64,000 nt of DNA from Octopus sinensis (taxonomy: Eukaryota). The DNA lies in contig NC_043005.1 in the NCBI RefSeq assembly GCF_006345805.1, positions 5,270,001 through 5,334,000 of the forward strand, read 5' to 3'. The translations under genes were made by a program, and so were the position numbers. Positions 25,979 to 39,600 of this stretch are shown piece by piece (the stretch's first letter is position 1; each line of letters begins with the position of its first letter). Below the pieces are notes generated by a model that saw nothing but the letters and a program-made list of their open reading frames with translations, was not told the DNA's origin and searched no databases.

Positions 25979-27666
25979 TAATATATATATATAACAACAC
26001 ACACACCACACACACCACAACACACACACATATATATGTAGATCTATGCATGCACATATTTTCACATATATGTTTATATATATATGAAAATATGTGCATG
26101 TACATGTGTGTGTCTATATATATATACATCTGAATGTTTATATGTTGATGTATATATGCTTGTATGTATGTGCATGTATGTAGGCATGCATATGTGTATA
26201 TGCATGTATAATCTTGCTTATATATGTGCAGGTGCATACGTGTATATATTCATGCATGTATATGCTTATATAAATTTGTGCATGTATATATGTGTATTTA
26301 GATATGTACATATATAAGTGCATTGATATGTATATATATGCATATAGGTATACATGTGTATATGGGCATATATATATACACACACACACATGTATGTATA
26401 TATACATATATGTATGTGTGTGTGTATATTATATATATTATATATATATATATTATATTATATAAGCATTGTATATATACATACAATATATATATTATAT
26501 ATATAACAATACAACATGTTTATACATGAATATATTTGCATGTATATATGTGCATATATGCATACAGGTATATACTTTTTACAGTTTGTAGCCCTTCCTC
26601 ATACCAACTAATTTCTGGAGTCTACTGGGTGTTAGGTTAGGTGCAAGACAGAAAAGGGAAAAGCTGTGTGTGTATTGATATGTCAATTTGTATATGTGTG
26701 ATATATGTGTATATGTATGTGCGTATGTATGCTTGTGTGTGTGCGTGTACATGGCAGTGAGACATGGGCTGTGACTACTGAGGATATGTGAAGAATTTAA
26801 AGAAATGAAGCCGGTATGTTTTGCTGGATGGCTAAACGTTGGATATTCCCCTCCTCATGGCACTTGGACCCTTTTCACTTTTTTCTATATTTTTGCAAGC
26901 TATTTGAGAGAAAAATTGGGTATATGTAGCATCAGATGCAGTGTGCAAGAGAGAAGACTGCACTGGTATGGCCATGTAATGTGTATGAATGAGGATCAAT
27001 TTGTTTGCCTAAAAAAGCCTTTCAAGATGGTGCTCCAGCATGGCTGCAGTGAAATGATTGAAACAAGTCAAAGAATAGAAAAATAGATATGCAAATATAT
27101 GTATAGACAGATTTGTGTGTGTTTGTAAATATATATATATTATTTATTTGAGAACACAATACATGTTTTTAAGTGCTACTAACAGTTTCATATGTTGAGA
27201 AATATCTCAAACATATTCATCAGGCATAAACCACATCTCTCTCTCTCTCTCTCTCTCTCTACCTACCTATCTATATATCAAAGATAAAAAGAGAAGATGG
27301 GATTTATCAACAAAAACATTACCACAGCAATTGTTTCATCTTCAAGATGCACTGCTTCTTTGTCAGCATGGAACGATGCAGTAACACCAGATGCAACTCA
27401 CAGTGCATAGAAGAGTTCTCAGGTGGAATAATATATATATATAAAGAAAAATAAGGATAAGATTGTTAATTTAAAAATAAAATAACGATTTTATCAAGTT
27501 GTCAGCATGGAAAAAATAACCTTCAAAGGTAATAATTATCAAAATTATAAATTAGGGTATCTACGAGATACCACCATGCTGAACATAGGAGATCATTAGA
27601 GTCAGATTATTTATAATTTTATATATATATAATATATAATGTGTGTGTGTGTGTGTAATTATTATC

Positions 27667-27707
<41 letters not shown>

Positions 27708-28024
27708 CTGTGTGTGGTGTGTATATATATATGTATGGCAATAGAAGATGGAATATACGAGAATTTATTAATCATGACAATTGTTTCGATACATCTAGCA
27801 TCGATCCCTCGTGGCATGAGACACTCAACAACTGGTTCAAGAGCATCTGGCGGTGCAGATGTTTCTCATCAGGTGATAAATAGACACAACTCGTTAAGAT
27901 AACTGTTCCGCAATGTAACTTCTCGTTTTTATAGAAAGAAAATTAGCCAGACAGAGGAAATATCTTCATTTATAAAGAAGATCAAAAATAAGATCACAGA
28001 TGGAAAAAAGAGATAGATAGATAT

Positions 28025-28067
<43 letters not shown>

Positions 28068-28071
28068 TTTA

Positions 28072-28118
<47 letters not shown>

Positions 28119-29171
28119 CACACACACACATATATATATATATACACATATATATATATACATACACACATTCACATATGTGTGTGTGTGTGTGTGAATG
28201 TATATTTATATGTATATATAGATTGTATGCGAATGCATATTTATGTGTATATATAAATTTATATGTGCATATATAGATTTGTTTGCTTATATACATGTAT
28301 ATGCATATTGAGGCCTGTGGATATCTTTATGTCTATATATGTTGTATATGTATATGGATAGACAAAATGTATTTGTATATATGTTTGCATCTGTTGATAG
28401 ATATGTATATTTCTATATACATGTGTATATAATTATATGCACTTGTATGTACATGTCTTTGAGTGTTTGTTTGTGTATATATATATATATTTGTATGTTC
28501 GTGTGTGTGTATATATATATATGTACACACAGTTAAATGATGATGGTATATATATATATATATTGTATATTTGTATGTTCCTGTCTATATATATAGGTAT
28601 TGTATATTTGTATGTTCATGTCTATATATATATATGTATTGTATATTTGTATGTTTATATGTATGTATATATATTGTATATTTGTAGGTTGATATGTATA
28701 TATATAGATAAGGTATTTGTGTATATATTCACTTGCAAATATTTGTATATGCATTGATCTGTAGAAATATAAAAATGTATATATGCGAAAAGAAAGAAAA
28801 AAGAACCCCCACACACAAATATGCAAAGCTGAAGTGGAGCAATTTGCAAGTTAGAAATTCATGAAGAAGTGATCCTTTTCATATTAGGATCATCAGTTTT
28901 CCTTCAACAATAATAAATGTGTGTGTTGTCCTATTGATTTCATTGCATTAGGGTCTAACAGCTCTTTTTAGCTGTTCCACTACTCACACGGATGATTTGT
29001 TTTCAGTGATGTAGGCTGGCGTACACCAAGCCACACACTTTAGAAATGCTGAAACTTGGTTTAAATATTTGCCACAAACTAAATGAACAATATACCTCAG
29101 CCTTTTCTGTTTGTGTTCCCATCTGGTTTAGTTACCTTTTCCATGGCTAAGAGCAGTGGTTTTCCACCACG

Positions 29172-29462
29172 GTCCATATGACCGTTTGGGGTCCATATGA
29201 CCGTTTGGGGTCCATATGACCGTTTGGGGTCCATATGACCGTTTGGGGTCCACATGACCGTTTGGGGTCCACATGACCGTTTGGGGTCCACATGACCGTT
29301 TGGGGTCCATATGACCGTTTGGGGTCCACATGACCGTTTGGGGTCCACATGACCGTTTGGGGTCCACATGACCGTTTGGGGTCCACATGACCGTTTGGGG
29401 TCCACATGACCGTTTGGGGTCCACATGACCGTTTGGGGTCCACATGACCGTTTGGGGTCCAT
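29172..29462. repeat. 19-bp minisatellite GTCCA(T/C)ATGACCGTTTGGG, 15 full units plus a partial
   Basis: Units start at 29172 and recur every 19 bp to 29457. The variant pattern is T,T,T,T,C,C,C,T then C x7. This explains the three repetitive ORFs at 29097-29520. Confidence 0.95.
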
Positions 29463-30539
29463 GTAAGATTTTCTTATTAAAATTTATGTGCAATAAACTG
29501 GTTGTACTTCTGCAAAACACAAAATATTTGATTTTTCTTTTTGCAATCTATAATGATAAAAGTGAAATTCTGTCCAACTGAGACCCCTGTATCTCAGTCT
29601 TCATTTGCTCTACACAGACATATTATACCTTTTTGGGATCAGGATGATCTTGGGATTGAAAACCTGCCCTCATTTGGTTCTTGAACATCCAGCTTTGTGG
29701 TCTGATGGCGATTCACACCATCTTGGTTGGCATTTGTCAGATGACATCAGAGATCAAGGGGGAGATAAATGACGTTTGCTTCATTCATTTTATGTCGAGA
29801 TAAAAAGCTTTGGGACAAAGTGGCCAACAGTTGGAATTCAAATTGGGACTAGAACAGTAGAATGATTATATTACAGAATTAATTCTCATCTGTCCTTAAC
29901 CCCTGATCGGACACCACCAGGGCATATAGTCATTATAAACGTATTGTAGTCATGCTGTTTAGCTCTCCTTAGTTTGGGACCACAAGCACAATTATCCCCT
30001 GTAGGAGCTAGCTTAAAAGTCCGCACGGAGTATGGCTTTTAAGCTAGTTCCTAATAAAACTTGTTTATAAAAAATACAGTAGGATGTTCTTTTTTATACA
30101 CATTGAATGGCTGTGGAGGTTCAGGTGGGTAAAATGGGAATCAAAGAGGTCCATCAGCCAAAAAATTATTGGAAAACCACTGGCTGAGAGTCCAGAAATT
30201 TCTAAGTTCTTGCACACTTGTATATGTGTGTGTGTATGTATATATATATATATGTAAATGTATTTATGTATGTATATATATCTATATGTATATATATATG
30301 TATATCTAGATGTATGTATATACATACGTATATATACGTATATGTATGTATATATGTGTGTGTGTGTGTGTATATATATATGTGTGTATATATATATATT
30401 GTATATATATATATATGTGCATATATATGTATATGTATGCATATATGTACATATGTATGTGTGTATATATATATTTATATGTACATATGTATATATATAT
30501 ATATAAGACACTAAGCTTTTTTTATTCTCTCTCTGTTTA

Positions 30540-30830
30540 TTTTTTCGTGTTCCTTTCTGTTGAAGAGCCAAGGCTTGAAACCTAAAAGACTTTCTCATCT
30601 TCCCGAGTGTTAAACTAATACACTTGTCTTCATCTTTTGTCTTGTTTTTGTAAATTCCAACTATTTATGTATATATATATATATATATATATAGGGAGAG
30701 TTTACGAAAGAACAAAAGACGAAGACAGGTGGTGTACAAAACAAACAGATGTATTAGTATAACGCTGAGAAATAGAAAAAGTCTTTTACATTTCGAGCCT
30801 ATGCTCTTCTACAGAAAGGGACACAGAAAA
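30540..30830. mobile_element. Tail-to-tail pair of hammerhead-bearing short elements around a (TA)n tract
   Basis: + strand 30557-30590: CTGTTGAA GAGC CAAG GCTT GAAAC CTA AAAGAC. - strand 30781-30814: CTGTAGAA GAGC ATAG GCTC GAAAT GTA AAAGAC. Confidence 0.7.
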
Positions 30831-32169
30831 AACAAGGAGAGAAAAAAAATGTGTGTAGTAGCTAACGATTTATCATGGTGATTGACCATATATATATATT
30901 TATATATACACACACACATACGTATATGTATATATAAATACATATATGTATATATAATGCAATTGGATGGCTGTTGACTCAAGTTCATCACGCTCTGACA
31001 AATTTGCAAAAGTCTTGGTGATGCTACCAGTTTAATCTGATTTATGTATTGTGTGTTTGTATGTGCCCTTGTGTTGACATCATTTGGTAGTTGTAAACAA
31101 ACATCACCATCATACAAGCAATGTTGTTTGTTTCCAGTTTCCCCACGGTGAATATGTCAGGCCACTGGGAAATTATTACTTTGCTTAGAAAGAAGTTAGG
31201 GTTGGCCACAGGAAAGGGCATCAAGTTGTAGAAAATCTGTCTCTCTTCCCCCTGCAAGCATGGAAAAGTGGACATTAAATGTAAATGATAAAGTTTGTGG
31301 TTTATGATGAGGATGTAGAATTTTGTACTTTAGTTTTCATTCTTTCATTGGTGCACCTGAAAAATGTTAAGCTTTAGATGATGTATGTGAAATATAAAAA
31401 AACAAACAAATCCAGTATTGTTATCCATTGTTTTATATATGTGTGTATGGTGTGTATAGATATAGTTATTTGCTGAATTGAAAATGCAACTTGGAACAGA
31501 AACAAAGGAACAATCAAATGGAATGTAGCACAAGAGATGGACCCTTGGTGGACTTTTTAGTGTATTGTATTCGGGGTTATTATTTCATGTTTGTTATAAT
31601 GAAACAATGTTAAATGAGGTGTGCCTGTATGACATGCTAATAATAAATACCTGATGCTGTACCAGGCAGTAGCTTCTAATCTTAACCGATTGGAAGTGTT
31701 ATCTTGTACTTTTTAGTATAAAAGATGAGCTACAGGAAATAAACTGCTCAATACCACAGATTTACTTGTCAGTTGCTTGACTGGAACCAGTTGAGCATTT
31801 CCCTTAGTTGCTGACAATATGTGCATCTCTGATGCAGGAGTAGTGGGGGAGTATCATAGCCATATTTTGAGAGGAATTCTTTGGGGTTTGAATAATTCAA
31901 TCCTTGTCCTTGGAAACATGGGGGTTTCATTCATCATCCTTAAACAACCTTTATTCAGAGACCTTTTGAGTGGGAATGGGCTATTTGACCAGAAGGAAAT
32001 TGTAACCGGGCTCAACCTGCAAGGCCATGTGCTGTTTATCTTGATATGAAGCCACCACGTTGTGCACATATGGTTGTGATGCATATGCCTGGTGTACCCT
32101 TGTCTTAGATAAATTTAGATATGTTTCAACCAAAGATTGGTCCAGGCCATGTCTAACTTAATAGCACCA

Positions 32170-32560
32170 CCTGATAGGATTATCTAAATCCTGTTTAAGT
32201 CAAGTTTTGTTTATGGTCCATTCAAGTTGTGAGTTCTTGTTGGGTGGGTTGTATCCAATTATGGGTGGCTTATCCGGTATTCCTTGAAGAAATCTATCTA
32301 GACTCCGTTTAAAGTTGATGGGATCCTTTTCCTCTTTGATCTCTTTCGGGACAATGTTAAACAGGGCAGGGCCTGTTGAGGAAAAGAAATTATGTTGCAG
32401 TGTACCTATATGCTGTGATCCTGAATTGGGCAGGGGACGTATGGCCCATGGTCCCAGCCTTGGATGAACCTTGAAACTAATGTTCAGGTTGTTTGGGCAA
32501 AGTTGGCTGTATATTCTCCACATCGTACAAATAATAGATAGGTAATCATGATGGGTATAC
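32170..32560 (-). mobile_element. CR1/L2-group LINE ORF2 C-terminal remnant
   Basis: ORF 32200-32523 contains STGPALFNIVPKEIK...FKRSLDRFLQGIPDKP. Confidence 0.8.
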
Positions 32561-33039
32561 TGGGCTTAGTATATTTGTACCCCAGTGTCACTTTGATGGC
32601 ATGCACTACTCTCGTACTCAATAATAATAATAATTTTTCATGTGGTTTTGTTCACAGTCATGCTGGTTATGACAATTGTAGAGGAAAAGAGTGGGTGATG
32701 GTAGATGTTATATGAGGGAAAGTGAAAAATTTTCAGTTTTAAAGAAAATTGTTCAGTAACTTTAATTACACATTTTGTATCATAAAATGAAAGATCACCA
32801 AATATGCTTAATTTCACAAACACACACGACAGATACACAGACAAGTGATATATCTTTTTTTTTTTTTCTGATTGAATCTGATATGTGATAATCAACCAAT
32901 TACTGACAAAATGCACTGATGGTCATTTAAAAAAAATACCTTTAAACAAAACAAGGAAAATAGTTTAATGATAAATTTCACACACACATACACACACACA
33001 CATTCCATGGTAGGAAGTATTTTCAAAAGAAAATAATTA

Positions 33040-33190
33040 AATATAAATGATATCAGAATTCTGAAACAACTTCCTTTCAGCCAGTTCCCAACAGGAAGGT
33101 CAGATGGAAGGCCACTCTTGCACTTCAAAGATAAACTAAAAGACAATCTGAAGCAATGCAACATTCCCTTTTCTTCTTGGGAAAACAAAG
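33040..33190 (+). mobile_element. RTE/BovB-like LINE C-terminal fragment
   Basis: Reads RILKQLPFSQFPTGRSDGRPLLHFKDKLKDNLKQCNIPFSSWENKA. Confidence 0.65.
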
Positions 33191-33799
33191 CATCAGAGTG
33201 GATTTGGTAGATGGAAACTGGAAGAAGCCTGTCATATATTTATCTGTATGTGGGTGTGTGTGTTTAATGTCTCCTTGTGTTGACATTGTGTGACAGTTGT
33301 AAATAAGTTACTGTCATTGAAGGAATATCATTAATTTCCAATATTCTGTGAGAATATGTCTGGGTATGGGCAAAGATGATTTTGCTTGGAAAAATTTGAG
33401 TGCTGGTGGCAGGAAGAGCATCCAGTTGTAGAAAATCTGCTTCAGTGAAATTTTGTCTGACACATGCGATCAATTTGATTTTTTTTTTTATTTATGGCCA
33501 GCCTTTGCCTGGCCAGTGGGTTGGCATCATTTGAAAGCTATAACAACGGGTGGAAATGCATTGGTGCATTGTCAGCAAAATTATATATATTTATATATTC
33601 AGTTATAAATGAGAAACAGCCTGAGGGATATAAACAATATCACCCACAGATAGACAAGGTGTTTTGCCAGTTCATGGGCAGCCTGCAATTAGAGAGGAAA
33701 TATTCTCATCAATTTGTTTAGTGTTAAAACACCTGGAAGTCATAATCGCAGCTTGCCCACGAACTAACAAAATGCATACCTTGTGTATGTGTGATCGAT

Positions 33800-34640
33800 C
33801 ATCATCATTTTCCATGTTGGACAGTTTGACTGATAACTGGTAAGCCAGGGAGCTGCACCAGGTTCTGATCTGATTTGGTAAGGTTCTATGTCTGGATGCC
33901 CTTCCTAATGCCAACCACTCCAAGAGTGTGGTGGGTGTTTTTTACATGCCATTGACTTGACACCAGCATCAGCCATGACTCTGGTCTCACTTGGTTTGAC
34001 AGGTCTACACAAGCATGATATATTGTCAAAGGTCTCGGTCACCTGTCACTGCCTCCATGAGGCTCAACGCTTGAACGGTGCTTTTTATGTGCTGCCAGTC
34101 AGATAGGACTGGCATCAGCCACCACTATGATCTCAGTTGGCTCGACAGGTCTTCACAGGCACAGCATATCACCCAACGTTTGAACGGTGCTTTTAACAAA
34201 CCAATCACGTGACACTGCCATCAGCCACAACTACGGTCTCACTTGGATCGACAGGTCTTCTCAAGCATGGCATATCGCCAAAGGTCTCAGTTGCTTGTCT
34301 TTGCTTTCATAAGGCCCAACATTTGAAGATCATGTTTCACCACCTCATCCCATGTCTTCCTGAGTCTACCTCTTCCACAGGTCCCCTCCACCATTAGAGT
34401 GCAACACTTCTTCACACAGCTGTCCTCGTCCATATGCATTGCATGACTATGCCAGCGCAGTCGTCTCTCTTGCACACCACATCTGATGCCTCTTATACCC
34501 AACTGTTCTCTCAGGATGCTTACACTCTGTCATGCATGGACACTGACACTGTACATCCAACAAAGCATACTAGCTTCATTTCTTTCAAGCCTACGCATGT
34601 CCTCTTTGGTCACAGCCCATGTTTCACTGCTGTGTAGCAC
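33800..34640 (-). mobile_element. 5'-truncated RTE LINE, same family as 4397-5382
   Basis: ORF 34287-34502 GIRCGVQERRLRWHSHAMHM...GRGRLRKTWDEVVKHDLQMLGL, followed by tail C. Confidence 0.85.
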
Positions 34641-37599
34641 GGCTGTTTGCACACAGGCATCATACAGTCTACCTTTCACTCTGAGCAAGAGGCCCTTTGT
34701 TACCAGCAGAAGTAGGAGCTCTCTGAACTTTGCCCCAGCATATTCTTATTCTAGCAGTTACGCTCTCGGAACATTGTTTATATATATGTACACACACACA
34801 CACATGTAAAATGTCTCTTTTACTCTTTTGTAGGTTTCATTGATTGTGCTACGGGCATGCTGGATTACAACCTTCGAGGACTCAGTCGGACATATCGACC
34901 ACAGTTTATATTTCAATCTGGTATTTATTTTAACTTTATTTGTTGAATCACAAATTACATGTTTTCTATGGATACAATGCAAACAGCCATTAGTTCATCT
35001 AGTCTGTATGTATGGGTATCTTTTGTCTTACTAGTTTCGGTCATTAGACTGTGGCCATGCTGGGGCACTGCCTTGAAATTTTTGTCGAATGTATTGACCC
35101 TGTACTTCTTTTATTTCTTTTAAAGTTTGGTACTTATTCAATCAAACTCTTTTGCTGAACTATTGAGTTATGGGGATGTAAACAACGCAACATTGGTTGC
35201 TGGGTGGTGGTGGACACAGGGACACATGCACCCCACCCACACACACATACACAGTTCCTGTCAACCAAATTCACTCAGAAAACTGGGGCTATTGTAGAAG
35301 ACCAAGTTATTGTCCAAGGTATTGCATAATGGGATTGAACCTGAAGCCTCATGGTTGATGGTTGCAAAGCAAACTTGTTAACCACACAACCATGCCTTGA
35401 GTAAAAAGAAAATGAATTAAGAAAATGAATTAAAAAAAAAAAACAAAACAAACGCCGAAAGAAACAGTAGAATAAGCAAAGATCTCCAGAGTGTGCATGG
35501 GGGTGGGGGCAACCACCAGAATGGGAGTGGGGTTGTGTGGCGTCCCACACAAAGCCTTAGATTACTCAGATGCATCAGAGGTATGCACCTTCTCACAGTT
35601 TTTTGTAATGATTGCTTTATCTCTGCCACAAGGGCAACATAATTATTAACATTAAAGTACAAAGATAACCACACACACTCACACACACACACACACACAC
35701 ATACACACACACATGATATATGTATGAAGATTTCTTACATTGGTACAAGACCATAAGATCTGGGATAATATCCAAAGTCAACTGAATTCACTAGAATATA
35801 TTCTTTTCGATTATATTTTATTGATCTTGGGGGAAAGGAAAGACCAGCATCAATTTTAGCTGCGATTGATCTCAGACCAAACGAAAAAAAAACATCAACC
35901 CCCAGTACTTGACTGGTACGTATTCTATCGGTCTCTTTTGCTGAACCACTAAGTTATGGGGACATAAATACATGAACACTGGCTGTCAAGCAGTGGTGGG
36001 GCACAAAGACACACACACACACACACACACATGCATACATACATGTATACATACACACACATACATACATGCATGCATGCATATATGCATGACAGGCTTC
36101 TTTCAGTTTCTATCTACCAAGTCGACTCAAAAAGCGTTGATTGCCTGGAGGCTATAGTAGAAAACACCTTCTCGAGTTGCCACTCTGTGGAACTGAATCC
36201 AGAGCCATGTGGTTGGAAAGCAAACTTCTTATTACACAGCTACACAATAATAAAAATTAAAATTTTATCGGATTTTGGCTCAAGGTCAACAGGTGTCGGT
36301 GATGGAGTTAATTACATTGACCCTACTGCTCAACTGGCATTTATTTTATTGACCCCGAAGGGATGAAAGATGGTTGGCCTTGGTGGAATTTGAACTCAAA
36401 TATACAGATGGACGGAATGCCACTGAACATTTTGCCTGGCATACTAACACTTCTGCCAGCTTGCTGCCTTAATAATAATAGCAATAGTAATAATAGAAGT
36501 AAAATTGAACCTGTGTGTGTGTGTGTGTTTCTTATTGGCATAATGACCCTCACAAGATACAAATATTGTGTAGCATTCTTTCTTTATTGGCTACAAGGGC
36601 TGCAAAAGCATTTAGATAATATGGAAACAAAGAAGCCATTAATTAAATCAACCCACTCTTACTCTTTCTGCTCCGAAGAATTTGAACTCAAAATGTCAGA
36701 GACATAACTTAATGTTACAAAGTGCCTTTTATGGTACTCTACTGGTTCTCTTATCACAATGATTATTATTATTTTTTGATGTTTGTCACTTCATTTTTTT
36801 TTTTTTGTCTCTATCGAATTTATCAGCTGTGAAAAGGACATTGCAAAATTGCAGTTATTTTCAAACAACCACACACACACACTCCCTACTGGGAAGAAGT
36901 TTGATTCTCAGTCTTGTGCTTCCTGGTTCAGTACCACTGCGTAGCATCCCGGGCATGTGTCTTCTATTATAGCCCCTGCCAACCAAAGCCTTGTGAGTGG
37001 ATTGGTATACAGAAACCAAAATTTAAAAATTTGGTGTATTAATGTAGTTTTTGAAGCTGAATCTCAGGAGGTATTTCACTTTTTCCAGAAAAATTTTATG
37101 CAGAAATTATAGAGGTTTAAAGTTCGATAATTTCCCCTCAGTCAGAAGACAGGATTTGGAAGCTGTCATTTTGTGTGTGAAAGCAGGAGTTGTCAACATT
37201 CTGAAAATAGCACGTGTTATAATATGAAACTGTAAATAAACCAACTTCTGCTTTACACACGCCATATAACTTCTCCAAATTTTGTTATTTTTTGAAATTT
37301 TCAGAAATTTTCTGTGAATTAGTATTCTACACTTGGGAATTCATAGGATTTTGCAAAAACCAAACAAAAAATTTTTTAGATGCATGTTATTTTCAGCACA
37401 TCTCTCGACCAGGGTGCAAGCAGCAGTTGGGCACATTTTGCATAGAATATATTTGCCAACACGTGCTATGTTGCAGACAAAAGAGTTCTCATGTTTGGTT
37501 TGTTACTATGGAAATAGGCAGAAATGTGTCTGTGGCTTACGATTAGCTAAAATTACCCCAAATTTGCTAACTTTAAAAGCTAATAATTCTTTATATATT

Positions 37600-39600
37600 G
37601 ATTTATGGCGAAAATGAATTTAAGGCATTGATTAGCATATAAAACTACATCATTACACCGAATATGAAATCAATTCGAACAGAAATTGAAGAGATTGAAA
37701 ATTGGCAACCAAGCAGAAACAATCCGAGACTGCTAGAATAAGTACCAAGTTTTAAAAAAATGTACTGGAGTCCATTCTTCAAGGTGTTGCCCCAGCATGA
37801 CTGCAGACTAATAGTAAAATATAAAAGTAAGACTTTTGAATGTTGTTTTCCCTTTTTTTTAACTCCTTCTCACTTCCTCTCTGGATTTGAAGAATAATTC
37901 TAAAAACTTTTTAGAAAATGAATAAATAGTAGCAAAAAGAATAAGTAAGCAAACCGAAAAAACAAATTAGAGGGGGATTAAAATTCCCCGGATCCCCGAA
38001 CTTTGAACGCGAACCCACTTCCGCCTACTTTACAATTTATTTGACCGATGATAAACTTGTTTCTTCCAGCCCCAGATGTGTTTACGTGCGCACCTTCGTA
38101 TCTGTCGAGAAGTGTGTGTGTGTGTGTCGTGGAGATGTGTGTTTGTCTCTATGTCGGCATATGTATATGCTTGATTCTCTCTCTCTCTCCATCCACACAC
38201 ACACACACACACACACGTATATCTATGCCCGCGTGACTGTGTATGTTTGTGTGCGTGACTGTGAGTGCACATGTGTATGTAATGTATTAGAGATGTTTTC
38301 CCCCATCTTCATTTATAGTACTTCGAGCCCTTTAACAAAAAGAAAAAAGAAAATGAAAAATGAACACAGCTCAAATAATGAATTGCTGTATAGAGAGAGA
38401 ATCGTCGTCAGCGCACTATTCTCATGACATGGAAAGGCATGAATGTCACACAATCCCATTTTCATCCTATAACTTTTGTATTAACCTTTCTCCCACCCAG
38501 TTTCCAATTTCCCTCGTACCCAGTTCACTTCATTTTACTTTGCTATCCTTAAAGAAAGCATGAACGTCACCAAATCTTCCATTTTTCTCCCTTCTAAATT
38601 TATGCAAGCTATTGCATGAACATCACACAATCACATTTCCTCTCGCAGGATTTCATTTTCGTTTTTTTCTCCACTCTTTTTGTCATTAAATGGATAATTT
38701 GGGGACATAACAACAGATAAGGGACCCACCGACTTTGTTGCCACATAACTTTCTGAAAATTGTATATTTGAAAATGAAATTTTGCAGAGATACGATTTCA
38801 AGGGTGTGGATTACGATTATCTTCATAGAATTAGTAAAGGAAAAAAAAAATCCTTTTGAAGAGGTGCGGATCATTCTTCTTTCTCTCTCCGACAAATTTC
38901 CGTAACTTTAACATTTTTCATTTTATTCTTTCTTAAAATTTAATGTTTGAAACATCAACGTTACTTAATCTACACTCTCGTAAATGTATTTCTGTAAAAT
39001 TTCATTAAAAAACATGCATTTTAGAGAGAGGCGTGAGGAAATAAAGCCGGGAGCGGGTTCAGAATAATTCAAAACTTTTTTTTTAATCATGTCAACATGA
39101 TCGTTATTTACTCTCTTGAAAACGCATTTCTGCAAAATTTCTCTTAAAGAACAATATTTTTCAGAAAGTTACAAAGAAACAAAATCGAAGTGAATGGGGC
39201 ACTAATGTGTAGTTATACACAATTTTCATTATAAATAAACACAGATTACCCAAAACAACAATTGCTGTAAAATCACTGAAATGATCGATACTTTCCGTAA
39301 CTCGGTCCATTTTACACACGCAACCGTCTTTACTTCATGTTCTTGAGAAATAACGAATTGCCTGAACATCACATCTGTCACAAACCGAGCTAACGGCGGA
39401 GCCGCTTTTACGGGGTAGTCCTACCTGTTAGAAATAGCAGCCAAACCTCCTTCATATTACACCTTGCTACATACAGCCTTAGAAATTGGACACGTTAGAT
39501 AATGTGGTCCTCGATTTTAGACGACTAGGTCACGACTGGAAAAGTCTTTGATTGTAGATGTGCTCGATGTCTTTGTTAGACATCTATTTTGTAAAACCGG
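37600..39600. promoter_or_regulatory. Second CpG-rich, largely repeat-poor promoter-like region
   Basis: CpG clusters at 37985-38110, 38400, 38730-38900, 39030-39060 and 39290-39420. ETS-like ACTTCCGCC at 38017-38025; palindrome GTGCGCAC at 38086-38093. Direction unresolved. Confidence 0.45.

Noticed and set aside
21647-28849. Dozens of Y/I/C/V/H/T-rich ORFs (also at 15.9, 30.1 and 53.3 kb)
   Set aside because: They are translations of (TA)n/(GT)n/(CA)n microsatellites, which lack stop codons in several frames.
29097-29520. Repetitive ORFs (MDPKRSCGPQTVMWTPNGH)n; array resembling a CRISPR
   Set aside because: These are contiguous 19-bp units with no spacers and no cas genes; all three frames are open simply because the unit has no stop codon.
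31467-33000. Plus-strand exon candidates LFAELKMQLGTETKEQSNGM* (~31470) and HAGYDNCRGKEWVM (~32658)
   Set aside because: They are short with a weak acceptor or donor, and cannot be distinguished from background.
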